Below, one piece after another: positions 38,365-46,839 of a stretch of DNA of 64,000 nucleotides. How positions within the stretch are numbered: the first letter of the stretch is position 1; the number at the start of each line of letters is the position of its first letter. The notes below the pieces were generated by a model. That model was not told where the DNA came from. It searched no databases and saw only the letters and a list, made by a program, of their open reading frames with translations. The stretch is from positions 32,519-96,518 of the forward strand of contig MPCW01000011.1 in assembly GCA_001874325.1 (NCBI GenBank), read 5' to 3'. The translations under genes and the position numbers were made by a program. This DNA is from Flavobacterium sp. MedPE-SWcel (GTDB lineage Bacteria; Bacteroidota; Bacteroidia; Flavobacteriales; Flavobacteriaceae).

Positions 38365-39159
38365 TTAGTTAGTAAAACCTCGTTGTCTTTTTGCTTCAAA
38401 AATAAGTATTGCTGCGGCTACCGATACATTCATCGAGTCGATTGCTCCACCCATTGGGATAATAATATTTTGTTTTGCAGCATCGCGCCATTCTTGTGTT
38501 AACCCTGTAGCTTCTGTACCTACAACAAGTGCTGTAGGGGAGTTGTAATTTTGCTCATGGTATGATGTGGAATCTTGTAATGTAGCACAGTAGATGTTGA
38601 TATTGTTGTTGTTTAAATATTCAATTACTTCACCAGTAGTTCCTGTAGCAATGTTATTTGTGAATATACAGCCTACACTAGAGCGTATTATATTAGGACT
38701 ATACATATCACTTTTAGGATTCGCAATAATAACAGCATCAAGTCCTGCTGCATCGGCAGTGCGGAGTAGTGCACCTATGTTTCCAGGTTTTTCTGGAGCT
38801 TCGGCTACAAGTATAAGCGGATTGTCTTTTAGTTGTAAACTGTCGAGATTTGTGTTTTTTGTTATCGCAATGGCTATAATACCTTCGGTAGTGTCACGAT
38901 AGGCTAATTTTTGATATACGTCACGCGCTATCTCGATATATTGTGCAGTACGACCACCTAGTTGTCTCGCTTCGTTTTCTGTAAAAAAATCAGAAACAAA
39001 AAGTATAGTTTCTATTTCGTATCCTCCTTTTGTAGCGAGCATGATTTCGCGTTGCCCCTCTATAATAAAAGTACCTGATTGTTTACGGGCTCTTGCTTTA
39101 TCTTGTAGTTGTACAAGTTGTTTTATATAGGGGTTTTGTGTACTTGTTATTTGTTTCAT
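38365..39159 (-). CDS. TrmH/SpoU-family RNA methyltransferase
   Basis: KPGNIGALLRTADA, GTEATGL, IPMGGAIDSMNVS; TAACTTTG at 39189-39196 (-). Confidence 0.93.
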   Translation of the reverse strand: MKQITSTQNPYIKQLVQLQDKARARKQSGTFIIEGQREIMLATKGGYEIETILFVSDFFTENEARQLGGRTAQYIEIARDVYQKLAYRDTTEGIIAIAITKNTNLDSLQLKDNPLILVAEAPEKPGNIGALLRTADAAGLDAVIIANPKSDMYSPNIIRSSVGCIFTNNIATGTTGEVIEYLNNNNINIYCATLQDSTSYHEQNYNSPTALVVGTEATGLTQEWRDAAKQNIIIPMGGAIDSMNVSVAAAILIFEAKRQRGFTN

Positions 39160-39232
39160 GCTAGGCTAAATTCAATATTTCGAAAAGGCAAAGTTAGGTA
39201 GTTATTGTAGAATAATAACCTATAGTGTAAAA

Positions 39233-40564
39233 CTATAAAATTCCTCTTGCTTTAATTTCGAGATATTTATTGATACTATCAATTGTTAAGTCTTCTGGCT
39301 TTGTAAGTACTGAGTAAATACCATATTTCATTAACTCACTAACAATAAGTCTTTTTTCGAAAGCAAACTTTTCAGCGATAACTTTATCATACACTTCTTG
39401 TATGTTGTCAGCGTTTTTGTCAATAAGCTCTTCTAGCTCTGTGTTTTCAAAAAACACAACAACCAGTAGGTGGTTTTTAGCAATTCCTTTCAGGTATGGT
39501 AACTGCCTGTTTAGACCATCTAGTGTTTCAAAATTTGTATAGAGTAATATAAGGCTTCTTTGTGTGATGTTCTTTTTAATATCGGCATATAATCTACCGT
39601 AATCACTTTCAAAAAAGTCTGTTTTAATATTGTATAGATTCTCTAATATTTTTTGCATTTGTGCGGTACGCCTTTCGGCAGGAACTCGGTTTTCTATTTT
39701 TTTAGAGAAAGCAAACATACCAGCTTTATCTTGCTTTTTTAGTATTACATTACTTAATACTAATGTAGAGTTAATGGCATAATCTAGAAGACTAAGCCCT
39801 TTAAAAGGCATTTTCATAACTCTACCTTTATCTATAGCCATGTATACATTTTGTGAGCGTTCGTCTTGAAACTGGTTAACCATTAACTGGTTCTTTTTAG
39901 CTGTAGCTTTCCAGTTTATAGTACGAATATCATCACCAGATACATATTCTTTTATTTGCTCAAACTCCATAGTATGTCCTAGCTTTCTTATTTTTTTAAC
40001 TCCATATTGAAAGAGTTGATTTGAAAAAGCTATTAAATCATATTTTCGAAGCTGAATGTAAGAAGGGTAGTTAGGTACCATTTGTCCTTCGCTAAAAATA
40101 AATCTACGTGATATTAAACGTAGGGGAGAGGATGCATATATATTTAATCTGCCAAAGTGATATTCACCACGTTCTGTAGGGCGAAGATTGTATTCGAAAC
40201 CAATTTTACTGTTGGCTTTCATTTTTCGAGATACATTAAAATCTCTAACCTGAAATTGTACAGGTATTTCATCTATAACTTTTATGCTAGTAGCAAATGA
40301 ATAGCCGCTCTGCATTGTAATAGATATAGTATTTTCGTCACCATTAGAAAGTTTGTCAGGCATACTTCTAGAGGCTTCAAACTTTTGGTTAGTTGCAAAG
40401 AGTAGTAATATATCTATTAATGAAAATGCTATAAAAATGTATAATAATAACCATACGGCATTATATATGGCTGGAAAAAAATAGGCAATAATAAAGAAGC
40501 CTATAATGCCCGAAACCACATAGAAAAAGAAATTGTTGAGGTATATACTCTTTAAAAATTTCAT
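39233..40564 (-). CDS. DUF58 (vWA-like) protein
   Basis: EFEQIKEYVSGDDIRTINWKATAK; 2 N-terminal TM helices. Confidence 0.9.
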   Translation of the reverse strand: MKFLKSIYLNNFFFYVVSGIIGFFIIAYFFPAIYNAVWLLLYIFIAFSLIDILLLFATNQKFEASRSMPDKLSNGDENTISITMQSGYSFATSIKVIDEIPVQFQVRDFNVSRKMKANSKIGFEYNLRPTERGEYHFGRLNIYASSPLRLISRRFIFSEGQMVPNYPSYIQLRKYDLIAFSNQLFQYGVKKIRKLGHTMEFEQIKEYVSGDDIRTINWKATAKKNQLMVNQFQDERSQNVYMAIDKGRVMKMPFKGLSLLDYAINSTLVLSNVILKKQDKAGMFAFSKKIENRVPAERRTAQMQKILENLYNIKTDFFESDYGRLYADIKKNITQRSLILLYTNFETLDGLNRQLPYLKGIAKNHLLVVVFFENTELEELIDKNADNIQEVYDKVIAEKFAFEKRLIVSELMKYGIYSVLTKPEDLTIDSINKYLEIKARGIL

Positions 40565-41616
40565 TAACGAGGTATTTCTACAGTATCTATTATTTGTTTG
40601 ATTATTTCAGGGCTAGTAATTCCTTCCATTTCACGTTCTGGTGCTACTACAACACGATGCTGTAGTACAGGTATTGCAGATTCCTTAATATCTTCGGGTG
40701 TTACAAAATCTCTACCTCTTAGTGCGGCATATCCTTTAGCGGCATTTAGTATCGCTATAGAGGCACGTGGAGATGCTCCTAGGTATAAGAATGCATTTTC
40801 ACGTGTATTAGTAACAACTTTTGCTATATACTCTAGTAAATGCGGCTCAATAACAATTTGTTTTACTAGTTTTTGATACTTAACTATATCTTGTTGTGAT
40901 AATACAGGCTTAATGTCTTGTAACTTGTTTTTATCTTGTAGCTCATTTTCTTTTTGTAATATGATTATTTCCTCATCAAGATTAGGATAATCTATAGTAA
41001 TTTTAAAAAGAAAACGGTCAAGTTGTGCCTCAGGTAAACGGTAAGTACCTTCTTGCTCTATAGGGTTTTGAGTAGCTATAGTAAGAAATGGCGCTTCCAT
41101 TTGGTAAGAGTTTCCTTCTACCGTTATTTGTCGCTCTTCCATCACCTCAAATAAGGCTGCTTGTGTTTTTGCAGGAGCGCGGTTAATTTCATCAATAAGC
41201 ACGAAATTAGAGAATATAGGTCCTTTTTTGAAGTCGAAAGTAGATTTAGACATATCAAATACTGAGGTACCTAAAATATCCGAAGGCATAAGGTCTGGTG
41301 TGAACTGTATTCTACTAAAATCTAACGATAGTGTTTTAGAGAGTAGCTTTGCTGTAATAGTTTTGGCTACACCAGGTACTCCTTCTAATAATACGTGACC
41401 ATTAGAAAGTATAGCAACTAACAGTTGATCTACCATTTTATGTTGCCCTACAATAACTGAACTTATCTCTTCTTTGATTTGAGAAATACTTTGTTGTAAT
41501 TCTGCTAAATCAAGTCTTGATTGAAAATTAATGTTATCATTTTCTAGACTATTGTTTTCAGTGCTAGTAACTTCGGTGTTTATATGGTCTGGGTTTTCAT
41601 TCTCGAACTCTGTCAT
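40564..41616 (-). CDS. MoxR-family AAA+ ATPase
   Basis: GVPGVAKT, RIQFTPDLMPSD, DEINRA, ATQNPIEQEGTY.LPEAQLDRF. Confidence 0.95.
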   Translation of the reverse strand: MTEFENENPDHINTEVTSTENNSLENDNINFQSRLDLAELQQSISQIKEEISSVIVGQHKMVDQLLVAILSNGHVLLEGVPGVAKTITAKLLSKTLSLDFSRIQFTPDLMPSDILGTSVFDMSKSTFDFKKGPIFSNFVLIDEINRAPAKTQAALFEVMEERQITVEGNSYQMEAPFLTIATQNPIEQEGTYRLPEAQLDRFLFKITIDYPNLDEEIIILQKENELQDKNKLQDIKPVLSQQDIVKYQKLVKQIVIEPHLLEYIAKVVTNTRENAFLYLGASPRASIAILNAAKGYAALRGRDFVTPEDIKESAIPVLQHRVVVAPEREMEGITSPEIIKQIIDTVEIPR

Positions 41617-42809
41617 AACTTTAATTTTTCAATTGCTTTGTTAATCTCTATTACGTCAGCTTCAGTACTTTCAAACTGATGCCTATGTTTTTTTATTAAA
41701 TGTACTGTTTTTTGAATATCCTCAACAGTATTACCTGTTTTTAGATGTAGTTTTTCTATGAATATATCATCCAATGAGTAAGTGTCGATAAGGTATTCAC
41801 TTCTTATTTTTTCGAGTAAGTAAATAATCTTCTTTTCTATTATAGTATGGTGATTACCTTCTTGATAGTAGAGGTTTCCTATAGTTTTAGTAAAATCTAC
41901 AGTTGTGTTTTTTAGCGGTGCAATTTCGGGTATAATACGTTGTTTACGTTTAGCATTAAAAATAATAAATATTACTATTATAAGTAGCGCTAGTAAAAAG
42001 GCGCTATTTAGTGCTGGTTGATCGAGTATAAATCGTAATGGTGAACCTGATATTCGTTCATTATTTAGGCTACCTGTATTCCAGTAAATTGTTTTTTCAG
42101 GAATATAGCCAAGTGCTTTTTCAGCATACTCATGATTATTTTCTTTAAGTAGGTAAAAATTACTAAAAGCTACGGGTTGAGTGTGTAGTAAAAACTTACC
42201 ATCGCCAAAGGGAACACTAATATAGTTTGTATATTCTTTTTCAAATAAGAATTGATGCCCTAATACTGCTGTAGTTAGGGTGTCTATGCTGCTAAAGTAA
42301 TTAAGACCAGTAGCTTCTTTAAAAATGTACTTTTTAGGCTTAGAGACTGTACTGTTATTTATAGACAATAATAATGTGTCTTGTATGTAATGGTGACTTT
42401 CAAGTTCAATTTTTAATGTATCGAGTAATGTGTATGGGAATCTTTCCATACTAAGAAAAACAGTATTACCATGTTCGGCAAAATACATTAATTCTTCAAT
42501 TGATTCAGGGTCTATTTCATTAGTTTTACTAATCGCTATAAATGTACCATCAGCGTTATATTTTTTAGCATCATAATCAAATTTAGCATCAAAAAATTCA
42601 TAAGGTGTTATATTGAATTTTTCAATCTTTTGCCCTTTAAACAATCTTTCTGCCTCTTCATTAAATATGAATAGTCCTAAAGGGGATTTCTCTTTTATAT
42701 CATAGCTAGGAGTCCAGTCAATAGGCTTGGGCTTTGAAGAGTCAATACCTATTATTATTCCAGTAACTATAATCAGTAATACGATATAAAGGGTAAGTTG
42801 TTTGTTCAT
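41613..42809 (-). CDS. DUF4350-like membrane-anchored protein
   Basis: N- and C-terminal TM helices; K.PLG, NAKRKQRIIP, IGNLY; context next to MoxR. Confidence 0.75.
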   Translation of the reverse strand: MNKQLTLYIVLLIIVTGIIIGIDSSKPKPIDWTPSYDIKEKSPLGLFIFNEEAERLFKGQKIEKFNITPYEFFDAKFDYDAKKYNADGTFIAISKTNEIDPESIEELMYFAEHGNTVFLSMERFPYTLLDTLKIELESHHYIQDTLLLSINNSTVSKPKKYIFKEATGLNYFSSIDTLTTAVLGHQFLFEKEYTNYISVPFGDGKFLLHTQPVAFSNFYLLKENNHEYAEKALGYIPEKTIYWNTGSLNNERISGSPLRFILDQPALNSAFLLALLIIVIFIIFNAKRKQRIIPEIAPLKNTTVDFTKTIGNLYYQEGNHHTIIEKKIIYLLEKIRSEYLIDTYSLDDIFIEKLHLKTGNTVEDIQKTVHLIKKHRHQFESTEADVIEINKAIEKLKL

Positions 42810-42811
42810 CT

Positions 42812-43573
42812 TTATAGCGTATTTAAGGTTTGGTTAAATCTCTTCTCCGCTTTTTCAAAAGCAACTTTTTCAATGGTAAATTCACCATACCAACTGTAGT
42901 CGTATACATAAGACAAATAGTCAAATTCTTTTTTAAGATTAGAATCTTTTATTTCATAGCTATAATCAGAATTAGTTTTGTCTGGATGCCAATCTATAAT
43001 TTCTCTATCAGAGAGTCTTTGAAGCAACCATAGGTAATAGTAACGTATAGCAGCTCTATAATCTTCAGAATTTTTAGTTTTACTTATTTGTTTTTTAAAA
43101 TCTATTTTATGTAAGCTTTGTTCTGTAATATCTTGGATATTATTGATGCTTTTTTTCGATTTGCCAAATATCCATTTACTTTCTTTGTCTATTATAGCAC
43201 GAACTATCATATATACAGCAAATATTACTACAGCACCAGCTAGTATATAAAGTATAATTTTCCCAATACCAACTCCAGATGATTCGTTTGAAGCGTGTTG
43301 GTTTGAACTAAAAAACTCAGCTATAGCTTCCCAAAAACGATCCCAACTACTTTGCGCCTCATTTTTTGGTTCATATACAAAGTCTTCATCCGTATAACGA
43401 TTTTTAAAGTTATCTTCAAATTTGCGCTCTACATACGTAGTGTCAATATTTGTTATTGGGGTAATAGTGTTTACTACCTCAACGCTAGTAGTATCTTGTA
43501 CGGGGATAGCATAGAGTAACGGTGTTGCTAACAACAGTAGATATAGTAGTATTTTATTCAATGTTTTCTCCAA
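42812..43573 (-). CDS. DUF4129-like membrane protein
   Basis: AIRYYYL, KTNSDY, Y.WYG motifs. Confidence 0.78.
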   Translation of the reverse strand: MEKTLNKILLYLLLLATPLLYAIPVQDTTSVEVVNTITPITNIDTTYVERKFEDNFKNRYTDEDFVYEPKNEAQSSWDRFWEAIAEFFSSNQHASNESSGVGIGKIILYILAGAVVIFAVYMIVRAIIDKESKWIFGKSKKSINNIQDITEQSLHKIDFKKQISKTKNSEDYRAAIRYYYLWLLQRLSDREIIDWHPDKTNSDYSYEIKDSNLKKEFDYLSYVYDYSWYGEFTIEKVAFEKAEKRFNQTLNTL

Positions 43574-44495
43574 TTAAATCAATATCCGAACGTAGTGAAT
43601 TATTTTCAATTTCCTCTTTACTACTATAGTATATAATACCTTGATTTACTACGATTATATTACTAAGTAAATAACTCAAAGCAGTAGATATTATAAATAC
43701 AATAAGTATTAATATTCCAAATGATGACATAGTATCGGCATGATTGGTAGGATCAATATCCATCAATGTAAAAAGACCACTTATTATATAAAATATTATG
43801 CTTACTATACTATGTACAATATATACCATAACCCAAAATATTACAGTAGTACCTACATTTGGCCAAAAGTTTACAAAAACGAGTTTCCACCCATTCGCAA
43901 GTGCTTTAAAAAAACTAACATCGTTACTTAAATAATCATAAAAAGCTAAAGACGCCCAACAGCTTATAAAGGCAAATACAATAACCGCTAAGGGTATACC
44001 TACTAATATCATCATTAATAATACACAGATACTACCAAGAATAGCAATTATTGGCGTAAATATTATTAATGACCAAAAGATGAATTTTATAATTTTCCAA
44101 ACACTACCTTTTAAGCCTTTTACTAATTCTTTTGTGGTAGGGGTAATGTTTTTATTATCTTTTATAATGTTAAAGTACACTACAGGGAAGGCATAGGTTA
44201 TAGCAGTAATTAGCATCATTAATAAAGCACATATACTACCAATGGTGATAAAGTAAACTAAGTTATCATCGAAATATTTAGATAACATATTTTGTTGCTC
44301 AACACTATTTGTACTTAAAAAAATGTTTTCAAAAAATACTTTACCTATCAGGTAGGTTAATAGTAATAGTATAACTAGAAAACCTCCTGTTATTTTGAGA
44401 TAATTCCCGAAGAAGTTTTTACCCATTGCCCTAAAAAAGATAAAAGTATCGTTTATAAGGGCGTTAAAATTTCGCTTTTTATATAGTTGGAACAT
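43554..44495 (-). CDS. Multi-pass membrane protein
   Basis: About 6 TM helices; overlaps both neighbours in the operon. Confidence 0.75.
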   Translation of the reverse strand: MFQLYKKRNFNALINDTFIFFRAMGKNFFGNYLKITGGFLVILLLLTYLIGKVFFENIFLSTNSVEQQNMLSKYFDDNLVYFITIGSICALLMMLITAITYAFPVVYFNIIKDNKNITPTTKELVKGLKGSVWKIIKFIFWSLIIFTPIIAILGSICVLLMMILVGIPLAVIVFAFISCWASLAFYDYLSNDVSFFKALANGWKLVFVNFWPNVGTTVIFWVMVYIVHSIVSIIFYIISGLFTLMDIDPTNHADTMSSFGILILIVFIISTALSYLLSNIIVVNQGIIYYSSKEEIENNSLRSDIDLIGENIE

Positions 44496-45459
44496 TCGTT
44501 TTGTTTATTTTTTTATTTACAGCAAATGGATATATCAAAAAGTACCATGATATAAGAGCCAGTGTAAATAGGATAATAAAGATATTTAATGCTTTAGGCA
44601 TATCGGGAGAATATCTCGTAATAAAACCTTCTAGCATTCCTGCAGCAAAGGTAAATGGCATAGTGCTTAGTACTATTTTTATTCCGTTTTTAAAACCCAT
44701 TTTTAAAGAGGCTATACGAGAATATGTTTTAGGAAATAATATTGAAGCTCCTAAAACAAAACCTGCGGCAGCTTCTATAACAATGGCAAAAATTTCCATA
44801 GCTCCATGTATCCATATGCCTCGTACACTTTCCCAAAACACGCCTTGTTCGTAAAAGAAATATTGAAAAGAACCTAACATAATACAGTTTGATAGTAGAA
44901 TATAACCGGTTCCAAAACCACCGAATATACCTAACACAAAAGACATAATACCAACCCTAAGATTGTTTAGGGTAATGGCAAAAGCGCTCCCCCAGTTACT
45001 TCCACTTTTATAAACAGCTACAGGGTTTCCTTTCTCTATATTCTCTAACGTCATGTTTACATAATGATCGCCTAATATTAAACGTACAAAAGAATCATCG
45101 TTAGCGGCAGAAATAACACCAATACCAACAAAGAGAAAAAATAATATAAAAGCATAAAGTACATAACGCCTGTTTTGGTAAACAATGAGCGGAGCTTCCG
45201 TTTTAAAGAAATATACTAACCTATTTGTTTCTTCTCGTTTTGTTTTATAAATTTTTTGATAAGTAATTGAAGCAAGATGGTTTAAGTAGGTAACTGTTTT
45301 GCTTTTAGGGTAGTAGCTTTGGGCAAATGATAAATCATTAACCAAATGTATGTATAGGCTAGCTAGTTCGTCTGGATTTTTTTTTGACTTTCCGAAAATA
45401 GCCTGCTCAAATTCAAGCCATTTTTCTTTATTTTGTTTAATAAAAGCAACTTCCCTCAT
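44479..45459 (-). CDS. SpoIIM (DUF95)-family membrane protein
   Basis: DLSFAQSYYP, ITLNN, IHGAMEI, AG.LEGFIT. Confidence 0.88.
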   Translation of the reverse strand: MREVAFIKQNKEKWLEFEQAIFGKSKKNPDELASLYIHLVNDLSFAQSYYPKSKTVTYLNHLASITYQKIYKTKREETNRLVYFFKTEAPLIVYQNRRYVLYAFILFFLFVGIGVISAANDDSFVRLILGDHYVNMTLENIEKGNPVAVYKSGSNWGSAFAITLNNLRVGIMSFVLGIFGGFGTGYILLSNCIMLGSFQYFFYEQGVFWESVRGIWIHGAMEIFAIVIEAAAGFVLGASILFPKTYSRIASLKMGFKNGIKIVLSTMPFTFAAGMLEGFITRYSPDMPKALNIFIILFTLALISWYFLIYPFAVNKKINKTNVPTI

Positions 45460-45482
45460 AATTAAGAGCTAAAATATAAAAT

Positions 45483-46226
45483 ATGTCAGAACTTTCGATC
45501 ACTACTACACAAAATGTGAATATAAATTTTAATACTGCATCTATAGGGGAACGTATACTGGCGCACCTGCTAGATTTACTAATATTTACAGCTTATATTA
45601 TTGTGATTTATGTTGTTCTTTTTGATATAACAGGATTTGATGATTTTTTATCGAGCCTTGATCCATGGTCTAAAAATACAATCCAAGCTATATTTTTTCT
45701 GCCTATTATGTTTTACTCTTTAACATTAGAAAGTTTAATGGAAGGGCAAACGCTGGGTAAGCGTATAATGAAAATAAAAGTAATAAAAATAGATGGTTAC
45801 CAAGCAGGTTTTGGAGATTATCTTATTCGTTGGATATTTAAAATAGTAGAAACTACAGGAATATTTTATGTTGTAGGTTTAGTAGCTATGCTAGTTAATA
45901 AAAAAACACAACGATTAGGAGATATGGCTGCTGGTACTGCCGTGATAAGTTTAAAGAATAATGTTAATATAAACCATACTATATTACGAGAGTTAGATAA
46001 TAACTATATACCTATATATCCGTTAGTAATAAAACTGAGTGATAATGATGTAAGGATTATTAAAGAGACGTATGAAACTAGTATAAAAGCTACAGATTGG
46101 CCTATGATTCAAAAACTGCAAGATAAGGTAGAAACTGTAACAGGTATAAAATCAGTATCAGCTAATGCTACAGCTTTTATAGAAACGGTATTAAATGATT
46201 ATAACTATTATACTCAAAAAATGTAA
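45483..46226 (+). CDS. RDD-family protein
   Basis: R.LA.LLD, GQTLGK, QRLGDMAAGT. Confidence 0.9.
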   Translation: MSELSITTTQNVNINFNTASIGERILAHLLDLLIFTAYIIVIYVVLFDITGFDDFLSSLDPWSKNTIQAIFFLPIMFYSLTLESLMEGQTLGKRIMKIKVIKIDGYQAGFGDYLIRWIFKIVETTGIFYVVGLVAMLVNKKTQRLGDMAAGTAVISLKNNVNINHTILRELDNNYIPIYPLVIKLSDNDVRIIKETYETSIKATDWPMIQKLQDKVETVTGIKSVSANATAFIETVLNDYNYYTQKM

Positions 46227-46831
46227 TGTTTTATTTACTTGATATTTTAGGTACACTTGCTTTTGCAATATCGGGAGTGCTTACTGCAATGAATAAAAAA
46301 ATGGATCCTTTCGGGGTGTTTGTTATAGCTTTTGTAACAGCAGCAGGAGGTGGTACTTTACGTGATATGCTAATTGGTAGAACACCAGTGGGGTGGATGC
46401 TTGATCTTAATTATGTCTACACTATCGTAGTTGGTTTTTTCTTGGCAATTTTATTTAGAAAAAAATTAGAAAAATTACGAAAATCACTTTTTCTGTTTGA
46501 TACGATAGGACTTGGAGTGTTTACTTTGATAGGGCTAGAAAAAGGATTAGGGGCCAATTTACATCCTATTGTCTGTATAGCCTTAGGTACTATGACAGCT
46601 TCTTTTGGAGGTGTAATACGTGATATATTGTGCAACGAGATCCCTGTTATTTTTAGAAAAGAAGTGTATGCTACCGTATGTATTATTGGAGGTGTAGTTT
46701 TCTTCGGGTTACTACAGTTAAATTTACCTGAAAACATGTTATACCTTTTAACTTCGGGTATTATAATAGCTACACGATTATTAGTGGTTTACTATAAATG
46801 GTCTTTACCTTCGTTAGATAGAAGAAAGTGA
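46226..46831 (+). CDS. TRIC / UPF0126 membrane protein
   Basis: FAISG, GGGTLRD, DTIGLG, GGVIRD, E.YA. Confidence 0.9.
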   Translation: MFYLLDILGTLAFAISGVLTAMNKKMDPFGVFVIAFVTAAGGGTLRDMLIGRTPVGWMLDLNYVYTIVVGFFLAILFRKKLEKLRKSLFLFDTIGLGVFTLIGLEKGLGANLHPIVCIALGTMTASFGGVIRDILCNEIPVIFRKEVYATVCIIGGVVFFGLLQLNLPENMLYLLTSGIIIATRLLVVYYKWSLPSLDRRK

Positions 46832-46839
46832 TTTATTTT

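Noticed and set aside
44479-45459. Sporulation function
   Set aside because: SpoIIM is only a family name. Bacteroidetes do not sporulate, and the context is the MoxR/DUF58 locus.
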